Assembly: GCA_937625935.1 (NCBI GenBank)
Contig: OW569371.1
Location: forward strand, 248,001 to 312,000
From: Tetramitus jugosus
Lineage: Eukaryota > Protista > Heterolobosea
Reading direction: 5' to 3'
Length of the DNA: 64,000 nt
Both the position numbers and the translations under genes were made by a program. Numbering within the stretch: the stretch's first letter is position 1; every line of letters begins with the position of its first letter. The notes below the pieces were generated by a model. That model was not told the origin of the DNA and did no database searches. It was given only the letters and a program-made list of their open reading frames with translations. Shown one piece after another: positions 41,778-52,194 of this stretch.

Positions 41778-42059
41778 TTTTTAAAATATATATATTTTCA
41801 AGTTCGGTACGTACGTCGTCGTATTGTTTGTTCAATCTTTGATTGTGCTTCTCCGTTTTGTTTCGACTGATCCAAAAAGCATAGAAAACAAAAATAGAAT
41901 TAGGAAATGCTTACAAATTGTTCCTCCACATTACAACAATCCCATTTCTACGAATCACCGATTATCCGATGTCATTTTACCGCTGCATTTTTTGCCGACT
42001 CACGCAAAAAAAAATCTTCCACACAATCCTCACTCGACCACAACCACCACCAGACAAAA

Positions 42060-42644
42060 ATGAAGCGATTTTTGACTAGAGCTCTCATCAACAACAACAA
42101 CAACGTTGCTCCATCATCCTCGACAACATGTCGATGCATACACACTGCAACTACTACTACTACTACTACTAGGCCATCATCGCCCATGTCCCACCATCAC
42201 AACGCACTTCCATCCAGAGGTCTCGAAGAATTCATTGATCACACGCTCTTTGAAGGAAAGAAATTGGAATCAGCAGGAAGAGCATGGAAGGCCAAAGAGC
42301 TAAGAAGAAAGAGCATGATTGATTTGCAAAAATTGTGGTTTGTTCTCTACAAGGAACGTAATATGCTCATGACCATGGATCGGTTAGCAGTCATGATGGA
42401 CGGAAAGTTGTCTCACAGAGAAAGAATTGGAAAAACAGCTCAGTCCATGGCACGTATCAAGAGTATTGTGCGTGAACGTCAATTGCAAGCAAAAAAGATG
42501 GCTCAAATTGAGTTTGCACAAAAGAAGGCACAAGGATTTTATCAGTGGCCAATAGAGGACTCTGAATTGGCACGACAAGTGTTGCAAGCTGATGAACAAT
42601 TGAGCGAACATTTGGCGCATGAAGAAATGGAAGCGAAACAATAA
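42060..42644 (+). CDS. MRPL47: Mitochondrial ribosomal protein uL29m (L47)
   Basis: 'GLEEF...GRAWKAKELRRKS..DLQKLWFVLYKERNMLMT...SMARIKSIVRER'; presequence-like N-terminus. Confidence 0.9.
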   Translation: MKRFLTRALINNNNNVAPSSSTTCRCIHTATTTTTTTRPSSPMSHHHNALPSRGLEEFIDHTLFEGKKLESAGRAWKAKELRRKSMIDLQKLWFVLYKERNMLMTMDRLAVMMDGKLSHRERIGKTAQSMARIKSIVRERQLQAKKMAQIEFAQKKAQGFYQWPIEDSELARQVLQADEQLSEHLAHEEMEAKQ

Positions 42645-42831
42645 TCATAACATACTTTACACAAGGAAATATTGGATGAACGACACGAAGCAGAAATAAA
42701 AATACGAGTCTTTTCAGTTGTGAGGTGTGTGTGCGGTTGCACGTGTGCCATCTTCATTTGCAAGTGTTTTGTTTATCATTTGTGTTGGATTTATATAAAG
42801 TGTTGTGTTAGTAAAACGCTTTCAATCATGC

Positions 42832-45800
42832 TTAAGCCGTGTTCGTTGTCGTTGAGCTCACATGATCCCCGCGATTGCTGTTCCAGTCACTGTTACTACT
42901 GCTTGCATGCTCATGGTGTTGAGAACCACTGTGCAGCAGTGCATTCGTATCGTTCATGGGCTGTGTCGTTCCTACATCCAACTGCCTTCGATAATGAGGT
43001 AGCGGAGGTGCGGAATCGCTTGGCCGGTTCTGAGCAGTGAACACAATCTTTTGATAACGTTCATTGGTTTCCAGAGCTTTCTTGGCTGCCTGTGCATCTC
43101 TGACATCCTTAAATGTGATGAAGGCGCACTTTTGATCTCGCAGATAGTTCAAGCTCTCCAACTCTCCAAACGGTTCAAAATCACGACGCAGGATTGCTTG
43201 ATCCACATCCATGTTATAAAATCTGCCAGCCCACAAATGCCTCGATGGTTCAGTTGAATCGTTTGGATGATGTCTGTTGCTATACGAGCCATCGCGTCTC
43301 TGGTAGTTATTGGAGAAATAACCACCACCATGCTTGTTATAGTTACCGTAGGAATCTCTGTTGTAAAACTTTCTTCCACTGTTGTCATTGTTGAAGTTTG
43401 GACCCCGTCCATACTTGTTGTAACGATTCCTCTGATAGTCATCATTTCCAAATTTGTTTTGAAATGATGGCGACCGCGAGAATGGTTGTTGGAAGGATGA
43501 AGGAGTTTGAGAACCTGATTGTCCGTAATTTGACCATGGTTGTTGTCCCTCTGGTGAGAAGGTATTTGATGGGGAGCGAGGATAGGATCTTGGTTGAGAA
43601 CCTGAACTCTGCTTGTCACCGTGAGGGAAACTGTCGACTCTTGCTCTCTTTGGTGATGGAGTTCCCAGTGAATCATTGTAATCTCTTCTCCGCTTTTCAT
43701 ACCCTCCAGCAACATCGTCCATGTTGACGCTTGGTGGTGGTGGTTGTGGTGTGACATTACCAGGAGTGGATCTCTGTTGAAGAATCGGTAGTGATGTGAG
43801 TGACTCTGTCGAAGAACCATCAGAGAAGCGACGAGATGAGGGAGGTGGTGGACCAGAAGGTGGAGGAGGCTCTGCACCAAAGCTGAGCCTCACACCTGGT
43901 GGCATCATTGATGAACTCGAAAGTGGCGATCGAATGGGAGGTGGTGGCCCCGAGTTCAAAAGTGGTGGAGGTGGTGGCCCCGATGGTGGTGGAGGCTCCA
44001 AACCTCTTCTCTCCGGAGGCATAAACGATGGCATGGTGCCAGTAAACTTTGGACTGTCACTGATGGGAGTAAATGATAGAGCGGGTGATGGTGGTATTGG
44101 ACTCATTCGTTGTTTGATAGGAGAAATCGTTGGGAAATCATAGGAGGGAGATGGTTGAGCAGGTATAATAGACGGCGTGGCCAATGGTTGAAGTGGGAAG
44201 GATTGAGGAGTGCTGAATATTTGGATATTACTATACAAAGGAGATGGCGATGGAATCACATTATCTTGAGTGATAGGTACAATCTTCGGTATGATGTCTG
44301 GCAACAGCTGTGGAGCAGTGGACTTCTTCTCAATCTTTATGTTGAGAGGTGAATTGCCTGCGTCCAAATCCTCTGCCTTTAGCATCGCGCCCAAATATTG
44401 ATTGTCGTTCACTGATTGGCCATAAGTTCGCATTAACTTCGATTTTGGAGGAATAAATAGTAACATAGCCTCCCCAAATCGAACAACACCCACTGTATTA
44501 TCTCGTTCTAGTGACCTCATAGCATCGTTAAAGCACTGTTTTTGTCTTCCATTAATATCAATTAACTCAAAGCGCAAAAAATCCAGTAAATGAGTTCCAA
44601 CAATCTGCAACTTGTCAACTGACAATCTCTTGTCAATATCAATCGTATCTCCAAAATTAAAACTGAAGGCACCTCGGTGCAAGATTGTTGAACTTCCAAT
44701 GAATTGACCTCGACACTTGATATGCACCTGTCCACATTTGCGCCAAGGTTTGATATTGAAAATATGTTTCGAAGGAGTTTCTTCGGCCTCTGTTCGATCA
44801 CGCATCACCTTTCTTCTCTTCCGAGGAGTATCTGTGCTCTTACTCTCCTCGCTACTCTTTTTCGTTTTCGATGCTGGAGAGGGCTTCGCAACTCTGGTCT
44901 TCTTTTTGACGTCTTCTTCCTCCTCCTCTTCTTCCTCTTCATCGTCCAACGTTTTTGATCGTAATCGTTTCCTCCGCCGTCTCACCACTTGTGCCGTATG
45001 CTTCCGACTCTTTTTCTCGTCCTCTGATGAAGAGCTGTCTGACTCTTCTTCAGATGATTCATTGCGCTTATTCTTTGTTGTTTTTTGTTGTTGTGAAGGT
45101 CGTATCCTTCTTCGACTCCGTGCCTTATTAGCAACATTTCGTTTCGAACTATCGTCGTCAGATGATGATTCGGCACTTTCTTCCTCCTCTTCCTCATTTT
45201 CTTCATCAGAAGTGTCTTCGTTAGAATCGGAATCACTGTCTTCAGAGTCAGAAGTCTTTGTTAATTGCTTCAAATACATAATTTGTTGTCTCGCTGTCAT
45301 TCTCGGACTTGATAGAGGATCAGCTCGTACATCCTTTGCATTCGCAAGGTTTTGTGCACTGAGAGAATTACCTGGAACAATCTCAGTTGTGCGTCTCTTT
45401 CTGCCTCGTTTGGCAGGCTCCATTTTGTCAGATTCTTCTTTTGGCTCCACTGGCTTTGACTCCACAACACTCTTCTTTTCGCTTGTTGCTTTATCGACAG
45501 TGGAGGACGGTTTTTTTACATCTGTACTCTCCAGTTTCTTCTTGTCTTCCTTCGTCTCGACTACGACCTTGTTCTTCTCAGTTTTCACAGGAGTCGGAGG
45601 AGCAGATTTTTTAGTTGACTCGGATATAATTTCCTTCACAGTTTGTTTCAATGGTACAGAGACTGGAGTCGATGTCAGTGGTGTACTTAGAGGTGTTGAA
45701 ACAGAAGGTATTGCAGCAGCCGTAGACGGTGTTAATAAATTACTATTGTCTCCTGTTATTGAAGTGGCTGTTGATGGTGTAACTGTTTCTGGTGTCACTG

Positions 45801-46653
45801 TCTTTACTGCCACATCTCCACTCTCGATTGGAACTTTGATGCTAGAAACCATAAATCTCTTTTTTAGTGGAAAACTCACTGAACTGGGAATCGTTTTTTT
45901 GTCTTCCACTGGTGGTACACTACTACTCACAACAACACTAATTGATGCCACCACTGACGACTCACTTGCTAGATTTGGTTTCCGTAGAGTATTGCCCACC
46001 AATTCATCGCCATCATTTTGTTTCGCAACTGGTATTGATGTCTTTGACGTCGTTACAGCAGCACCAGCAACGGAAGAAGAAGATGTAGATGACTCACGCT
46101 TCCTTGTTCTTGACTTTTTCTTTGAGTCACTGTCTTCATCATCATCTCTTTTTCGACGAGAGGTCAATGACTTTTTTTTGTCTCTTGTCTCAGTAGATTT
46201 TGTCTTCTTCTTATTTCTACTACTACCACGACTACTACTACTACTACTGTCCTTTTCTTTACTCAATCTTTTTCTTCTGTCATTGGTCACTTTTTGTCTT
46301 CCATTGTTTTTGGAACGACGATTGTACTCTTCGTCATCACTATCAGATTCATCTTCGTCTTCATCATCGTCTTCTTCGTCATCATCATGAGTCGATGAAT
46401 AAGCTTCTTCTTCAGAGTCATTGTCATCATCATCATCCTCACCATCATCATCATCAGAATCTTCCTCTTCGTCCTCTTCATCAGATTCTTCATAATGACG
46501 ATTGCGACGCCTTCGTTGTTGTTGTTGCACTAATTTTTCATTCAATTTTTCCTCATCTGATTCTTCATCATCGATAAAGGAAGCACTGTTTTTTTTGCGC
46601 TTGGAGGCTTGTCTAGCTACTACTGTAGTTGTTGCTGTTTTTCTTCTTACCAT
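42832..46653 (-). CDS. Large low-complexity nuclear protein with SPOC-like domain, Pro-rich region and C-terminal RRM
   Basis: SPOC-like 'TIDIDKRL...GVVRFGEAMLLFIPP'; RRM 'HLWAGRF...FEPFGELESL....DQKCAFITF.....A.AAKKAL'. Confidence 0.7.
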   Translation of the reverse strand: MVRRKTATTTVVARQASKRKKNSASFIDDEESDEEKLNEKLVQQQQRRRRNRHYEESDEEDEEEDSDDDDGEDDDDDNDSEEEAYSSTHDDDEEDDDEDEDESDSDDEEYNRRSKNNGRQKVTNDRRKRLSKEKDSSSSSSRGSSRNKKKTKSTETRDKKKSLTSRRKRDDDEDSDSKKKSRTRKRESSTSSSSVAGAAVTTSKTSIPVAKQNDGDELVGNTLRKPNLASESSVVASISVVVSSSVPPVEDKKTIPSSVSFPLKKRFMVSSIKVPIESGDVAVKTVTPETVTPSTATSITGDNSNLLTPSTAAAIPSVSTPLSTPLTSTPVSVPLKQTVKEIISESTKKSAPPTPVKTEKNKVVVETKEDKKKLESTDVKKPSSTVDKATSEKKSVVESKPVEPKEESDKMEPAKRGRKRRTTEIVPGNSLSAQNLANAKDVRADPLSSPRMTARQQIMYLKQLTKTSDSEDSDSDSNEDTSDEENEEEEEESAESSSDDDSSKRNVANKARSRRRIRPSQQQKTTKNKRNESSEEESDSSSSEDEKKSRKHTAQVVRRRRKRLRSKTLDDEEEEEEEEEDVKKKTRVAKPSPASKTKKSSEESKSTDTPRKRRKVMRDRTEAEETPSKHIFNIKPWRKCGQVHIKCRGQFIGSSTILHRGAFSFNFGDTIDIDKRLSVDKLQIVGTHLLDFLRFELIDINGRQKQCFNDAMRSLERDNTVGVVRFGEAMLLFIPPKSKLMRTYGQSVNDNQYLGAMLKAEDLDAGNSPLNIKIEKKSTAPQLLPDIIPKIVPITQDNVIPSPSPLYSNIQIFSTPQSFPLQPLATPSIIPAQPSPSYDFPTISPIKQRMSPIPPSPALSFTPISDSPKFTGTMPSFMPPERRGLEPPPPSGPPPPPLLNSGPPPPIRSPLSSSSMMPPGVRLSFGAEPPPPSGPPPPSSRRFSDGSSTESLTSLPILQQRSTPGNVTPQPPPPSVNMDDVAGGYEKRRRDYNDSLGTPSPKRARVDSFPHGDKQSSGSQPRSYPRSPSNTFSPEGQQPWSNYGQSGSQTPSSFQQPFSRSPSFQNKFGNDDYQRNRYNKYGRGPNFNNDNSGRKFYNRDSYGNYNKHGGGYFSNNYQRRDGSYSNRHHPNDSTEPSRHLWAGRFYNMDVDQAILRRDFEPFGELESLNYLRDQKCAFITFKDVRDAQAAKKALETNERYQKIVFTAQNRPSDSAPPLPHYRRQLDVGTTQPMNDTNALLHSGSQHHEHASSSNSDWNSNRGDHVSSTTTNTA

Positions 46654-47248
46654 ATCTATGCTGACTCACGCTCTAATTTATGTGTTGTTGATAAGTTAAA
46701 AAATATTTTTCCGTTTTTTTTGAGAGAGTGTGTAGTACTGTTTCTTCTTTCTACTCTTGTGTGTTTACCTCAACAAAAAAATCAATGTGTTTTTGGAGAC
46801 AACGTTTTGCACAACAAGAAAAAAAGGTGTAGTTGATGGTCGTCAATTTTTGTTGTTATTCAATTGTTTGTTGTTGTCGTTGTCGTTGTTGTTGGGGTGA
46901 GAGTGGTTCAATTTGCACACAAGTCCGTTTGTTGATGTTGTTGTTGGTTTTTGTGTCTTGTCGTTTTTTTTTTGGTGGTTTCGGAAAAATTTCCAATCGC
47001 CCAACGAATGCGAGAGAACTTTTTCTGGACCATATGAGGATTGTAAAGGGGGACAACGAACTGTGATTCACATATGAGTCATGTTTGGGATACAATTGAT
47101 GTTTGATGAATAAGGTAGATCTGAGGATGGTTTGCTTCGAGCAAAGCTTCGAGATTTGCTGATGCTACTGCAAAGGAGATCAGATCGAAGGAACACTGTC
47201 AAAAAATTCCAAGAACAAAAAAATCACACTGACAGAGAGCACGAAACC

Positions 47249-47656
47249 ATGTCCGAGCAACAACAGCAGATCACTCCCACAACAACGACGAGTGTTGTGA
47301 CAACTTTTGTCCAACAGGATCAACACGTTGACGCCAACACCAACAAGAATACACAATTGATCACATGTAGACTTTGTCAATCCAAGATTTTGAAGCCACA
47401 AACCGCTACTTTTGTCAGTTCAACTGAAACTATTCCAGATGTAGCGACAGGTACCAGACAGTATGATGAATGGTGGGTCGTGAACGACATGTTTCAGTTT
47501 GAGAACATTGGATTTACAAGATTGAGTGCTGAACAAGCTCAAATCATGCAAGGCAGATTCATGTGCTGTGCGGATTGCGAGCATGAACCGATTGGCTTTG
47601 TCAAGAGTGGTAATCAATATTATGGCTGCGCGCATGTTGGGATACAAGTAGAGTAA
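47249..47656 (+). CDS. MSS4: MSS4/RABIF Rab-interacting zinc-binding protein
   Basis: 'ITCRLCQSKIL', 'WWVVNDMFQFENIGFT', 'CCADCEHEPIGF'. Confidence 0.9.
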   Translation: MSEQQQQITPTTTTSVVTTFVQQDQHVDANTNKNTQLITCRLCQSKILKPQTATFVSSTETIPDVATGTRQYDEWWVVNDMFQFENIGFTRLSAEQAQIMQGRFMCCADCEHEPIGFVKSGNQYYGCAHVGIQVE

Positions 47657-47718
47657 ACAAACAATGAGATCAAGTTTTTTTCATTTTCTAGAAGCCAAAA
47701 CGCAATGATGCATTTTAT

Positions 47719-48234
47719 TTAGAGTTGACCACAGTTAGCAATGGTAATGGTAGCCTTTGGAGCACCGTTTTGAGATCCAAGAGATTCAATCTTCGTGACG
47801 ATTTCTTGACCTTTGGTAACCTTACCAAAGACAGTGTGCTTTCCGTCCAACCAGGAAGTCACAACAGTGGTGATGAAGAATTGGGAACCGTTGGTGTTTC
47901 TTCCGGCATTGGCCATGGACAACAAGAATGGTTGGTCGTGCTTCAGCTTGAAGTTCTCATCATCAAACTTTCCACCGTAGATGGATTCACCACCAGTACC
48001 ATTTCCTCTGGTGAAGTCACCACCTTGGAGCATGAATTGAGGGATCACTCTGTGGAAGTTGCTACCCTTGTAGTGCAAAGGCTTGCCTTGTTCACCAATG
48101 CCCTTTTCTCCAGTGCACAAAGCTCTGAAGTTTTCAGCAGTTCTTGGGACAACGTCAGCAAAGAGCTCGAAGGTGATTCTGCCTGCTGGTTGATTGTTGA
48201 TGGAGATATCGAAGAAGACGGTTGGGTTGACCAT
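47719..48234 (-). CDS. Cyclophilin A-type peptidyl-prolyl isomerase
   Basis: '[10 protein letters not shown]...[16 protein letters not shown]...[28 protein letters not shown]...[16 protein letters not shown]...[10 protein letters not shown]'. Confidence 0.97.
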   Translation of the reverse strand: MVNPTVFFDISINNQPAGRITFELFADVVPRTAENFRALCTGEKGIGEQGKPLHYKGSNFHRVIPQFMLQGGDFTRGNGTGGESIYGGKFDDENFKLKHDQPFLLSMANAGRNTNGSQFFITTVVTSWLDGKHTVFGKVTKGQEIVTKIESLGSQNGAPKATITIANCGQL

Positions 48235-48674
48235 TGTTACAGTTTGATTGTTGTTGATGTGTGAGGTTGTTTGTTTTTTTAAGCACAAACGTTGGATGCC
48301 AGCGCGTTAAGAGTCATTGGATTCCAAAACACAGCGATCAAATTCATCGCAAATCTTGAATAGATAAAAATATCTTGGTCAACCCTTTACAATGCAATCG
48401 GAATGAAAAAGACCTACGACGAATTTCCTGAGACCTCAAATGGTCAAGACCATCAGGTTGAGCGGTTCTTGTATTCCGATTCATGGAAAGAGATGACCGA
48501 TTTTATCTACGGTTCGCACGTCATTCGTGCTCTCTGTCAGAGAAACCATGAGTCCATTCTTTTTCATGGCGCCAAAGCTGCATCATTGGCGCCATTTTGT
48601 GGCGGTACGAAACGGTTCCCACCATCAGTTAACACACCGTTAACTTAGAAGCCAAACAAACATACCTTTTTAAA

Positions 48675-51488
48675 ATGACAGACACTGAAACAGATATTGA
48701 GGATATCGTGTTAGATACCGATTTAGAGCTAGGAGAAGACGATGAACTTGATTACTATGACTACGATGATTTGGACTTAGTCGACTTGGAAGAAGACGAT
48801 GACGACGATGACGACGATGACGATGTAGAAGACAGCGATCATGAGTTTGATCATCCTTCGAAACAAGTGTCTTCCTATAAGGGTAAGAATATGGATCAAT
48901 ATGGTGTAAGTTCTTCCTCTACATCTGCCACTGTACAGTATGTGATGGATTCTATTTTGCCAACCACAGAGGAGGCTACACAACGGAAGATCTATAAAGA
49001 ACAAGATGATCTATTGGGTAATGTTCTTCCGTACACAGATCAAGAAGAAGACGAGGTACACACTCCTGGTCCTACTGATCGATCCATACGGAGAAATCAG
49101 ATTGAACATAGTATAAAGAGAAGGTTGGACAAAATGAGCCAACAATTGGAGGATTGGAAGCATAGACACGATGATTTTATTCATGAAGAAGATGATCAAG
49201 CAATGGCGAACACAAAGAGGCACGCTTTGACGAAACAAAGCAGAATGAAATCTCCAGTTATGGGGGTTGTCAAACAATCTGATTTTAATCGTTCGTATTT
49301 TAAACAATCAACAAAAGATGCAACATCATCCAAAGCAGATATACTACAACAAGAACTATTAGAGTCAAAGAAAGAGATAGAGAGGCTGAAATCTACAATC
49401 GAGATTCAAGGAAAAGACATCTCGAGAGAAGCACAACAAGCAAGGGAGAATAAAAGAGAGGAGAAAGTAGAGAAACCAAAGGTAGAAGCCAAAAAGCGAG
49501 CTATTAATGTGGTAATCAAACTCCAAACTATATGTAAGAGTCAACAGGAGGAGATCAATAAGCTTAAGAGAGATTTGTTGAGAACTAAAAAAGCACTGAA
49601 ATCACAAATTGATCAAAACGAGAAAAAGTTGAGGGAAAGGGACAACGAACTTGGTGAAATTCGTGATTTGTATGAGAGGACAGTTGATGATATTCACAAG
49701 AAGGAACGACTGCTGGATGAGCATGTGACCTCCTTGAATGATAACTGCCGAACTCAACATCAGAAAGCAAAACGACAGAGTGAGATCTCCATTGAATTGC
49801 GTCATAAGCTCAATGCAAAAATTGATGAGTGCAAACAGCTGGAGAAAACGATCAAAAACATGGAGAACAAGGAGAAAGAATTTAGGGAGAAAGAAAAATC
49901 AAATACTATTTTGCAAAAGAGATACAGTGATCTATTGAGTCAGAACAGAGATCTGAAAAAGCAAATAGATGAGTCTCAAACTCAATTACAAGAGTTACAA
50001 GCGGATAAAACAGATCTCTCAAGAAAGATTCGAGACAATGAAGAGCAGCATAGACAAATTGTTCAGGATCTAGAGTACTCGAACAAACAATTAGAAGCGA
50101 AAGTAAGAGAGACGGAGAACAATGTAAAAGAAATTCAGTTGAGTAATAACAGAGAAAATACTCGATTATCTCTGTCCCATAAAGATCAAATCGAAAGAGT
50201 ACAAAGGGATTTAATGGAGTGGAAACAAACTTGCAAGGAGCTCAACGATGATTTGGATCGAGTGAAAAGAGAACATGGTATCAAACTTAAATCTGCGGAA
50301 GATGTTCTAAACCAGAAGCTATCAGAAGTTTTAGATAGAGAGCGGAAGTACAAAGAACAAAATAGAACCCTACAGAAGAAAGTAGAAGAACTTCTCCAAA
50401 AATCTCTTGTTAATGAGCAATATTTAACAGAGCAAATAGAATGGAAAACAAGATATGAACAAGAGGTGAGTAAGTGGAGAGTAGAGAAACTGGGGTGGGC
50501 AAACGAACGGTTAGATATGGAGGATCAGTTGAAGAAATTGAAGGATATCCAAGAGCAAACTCAAGAAGGAATTAGATCGGATATTGAAAAGTACAAAGCA
50601 ATGCTGCATAAGGAGAGGTACATGCGAGAATCACTCGAGAACAAAATTTTAGAACTGAACAACACCATTTCAGAGCTGGAAAGAAAATCAGCTTTGCAAA
50701 GAGAGATGGCCAATATGGATGCCTTGAAGACAGAGGATCAGTCACAGAAGATATCCGATATTAGGAGAGCACAAAAGAAGTTGGAACAGAATTACAGCGA
50801 TATGCAACAGAAACTAGCTTCATACATGCATAAATACAATCAAACCTTGAGGGAAATGAGCAATTTAAAGAACATCCATTCGAAAGCAATAGAACAAATG
50901 AAGATTCGTACATTTAACAGAAATGATACATATGATTCTGATACTGATGCATCTAGCGATGCTTCCATGGACCAGCGGACGACACGTAAGAGTTTGAAAG
51001 ATATCGCTGACTTGCAAGTCAAGTGTGACGAAGATGTAAAAGAATACAAATCAAAGATGAGTTCTCTCATTAAAGATATGACAAATCACGGACAAGAAAT
51101 TAGTGGGTTGAGGCAAGCATTCCAAATGTTGAAGTCAAAAATGGCCGCAATACCACCTGCTAAAACTGCTAGCTCGAAAAGAACATCAATGTTGAACAAC
51201 TATGAAGGATCTAGTGATGAAGATCGTTTCGATCAACTCAGTGACGCATCGTATGAAAGCACAGACGACGAAAGAACAGAACGGTCTCAAGCTAGACGAA
51301 TGAGATCCAGGTCTGCAGACTCTTCAAGAAGAGTTCAGAGACCTGTCTCCATCGCAACAGAGAAAGTAAAGGTGAAGAGTAAGAAACTGAAATCTGATCT
51401 TTTGAGACCTACAATCAGTTCGGCTGAGAAAAGTAAGAGTAAGTTGACCTCTGGACCAGTCTCAAGCACCATTAAAAAGAAAAAGTAG
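48675..51488 (+). CDS. Long coiled-coil protein with acidic N-terminus (possibly centrosomal or cytoskeletal)
   Basis: 937-aa intact ORF with continuous E/K/Q/L heptads over most of its length. Confidence 0.7.
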   Translation: MTDTETDIEDIVLDTDLELGEDDELDYYDYDDLDLVDLEEDDDDDDDDDDVEDSDHEFDHPSKQVSSYKGKNMDQYGVSSSSTSATVQYVMDSILPTTEEATQRKIYKEQDDLLGNVLPYTDQEEDEVHTPGPTDRSIRRNQIEHSIKRRLDKMSQQLEDWKHRHDDFIHEEDDQAMANTKRHALTKQSRMKSPVMGVVKQSDFNRSYFKQSTKDATSSKADILQQELLESKKEIERLKSTIEIQGKDISREAQQARENKREEKVEKPKVEAKKRAINVVIKLQTICKSQQEEINKLKRDLLRTKKALKSQIDQNEKKLRERDNELGEIRDLYERTVDDIHKKERLLDEHVTSLNDNCRTQHQKAKRQSEISIELRHKLNAKIDECKQLEKTIKNMENKEKEFREKEKSNTILQKRYSDLLSQNRDLKKQIDESQTQLQELQADKTDLSRKIRDNEEQHRQIVQDLEYSNKQLEAKVRETENNVKEIQLSNNRENTRLSLSHKDQIERVQRDLMEWKQTCKELNDDLDRVKREHGIKLKSAEDVLNQKLSEVLDRERKYKEQNRTLQKKVEELLQKSLVNEQYLTEQIEWKTRYEQEVSKWRVEKLGWANERLDMEDQLKKLKDIQEQTQEGIRSDIEKYKAMLHKERYMRESLENKILELNNTISELERKSALQREMANMDALKTEDQSQKISDIRRAQKKLEQNYSDMQQKLASYMHKYNQTLREMSNLKNIHSKAIEQMKIRTFNRNDTYDSDTDASSDASMDQRTTRKSLKDIADLQVKCDEDVKEYKSKMSSLIKDMTNHGQEISGLRQAFQMLKSKMAAIPPAKTASSKRTSMLNNYEGSSDEDRFDQLSDASYESTDDERTERSQARRMRSRSADSSRRVQRPVSIATEKVKVKSKKLKSDLLRPTISSAEKSKSKLTSGPVSSTIKKKK

Positions 51489-52194
51489 GCCAACGATTTT
51501 TTTCCAGCTCGTAGTTGTGGCGGAACGTTTGAAAGTTTTGATTGAGCCGCGAAAACTCAATCACTTCGGTAAATATTGATTGGATCAAGCAAAGGTCAGG
51601 GTAATTTTCTTGATTGGATGCTGCGAAATCGTAATTTGATTGAGGATCACAACAACGGTCATTACTGTTGGTTACGTAGTGATTCATTCTGACTGATGCA
51701 TTGCGGTGATGGTTCTCCCAAGGGGTTTGCGCACGCAGCATTGCCCCAGTTCCATCATAATTGATAGGGTTTGTGGAGGCAATGTAAAGCTAAAAGATAT
51801 TTTTAAACGCCACATTAACATTCCACACGCAACCACGCACACGTTTCTAGAGAAACAGATTCTTCCCACCTATTTAACTTGTGAACAACAAGTTTTGTTG
51901 CTTAATTTAACACCTCTACAACAACAAAATACGATAACAACAACCGATCAACAACAGGAGCCCAACCAAAAATTTCCCAATTCCCCTTAACACTCTCCTT
52001 AAAATAAACACCCACAGGTAAGTGATGTATATTTGACTGATTCTGTTTCCAGTCATTGCAATTCCACCATTTGCAACAATCACAACAACCACCTCCGTAT
52101 AGCTTTTACTAACCATACTCAAACCATACACTGTCTGATTCCATAAATAATAATAACCATGGTCGAAACTCCCTATGCACTACAGAAGAAAAGA

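Noticed and set aside
44717-46390. 557-aa Ser/Phe/Leu-rich ORF on the + strand
   Set aside because: Antisense shadow of the low-complexity Glu/Lys/Asp-rich minus-strand gene; no independent features.
47725-48264. 179-aa ORF antisense to cyclophilin, and similar shadows over profilin, SCAMP and PEPCK
   Set aside because: Expected from biased codon usage in conserved genes on the opposite strand.
48403-48648. 81-aa ORF in the cyclophilin/coiled-coil divergent spacer
   Set aside because: It overlaps promoter-like motifs and has no recognisable domain; likely incidental.
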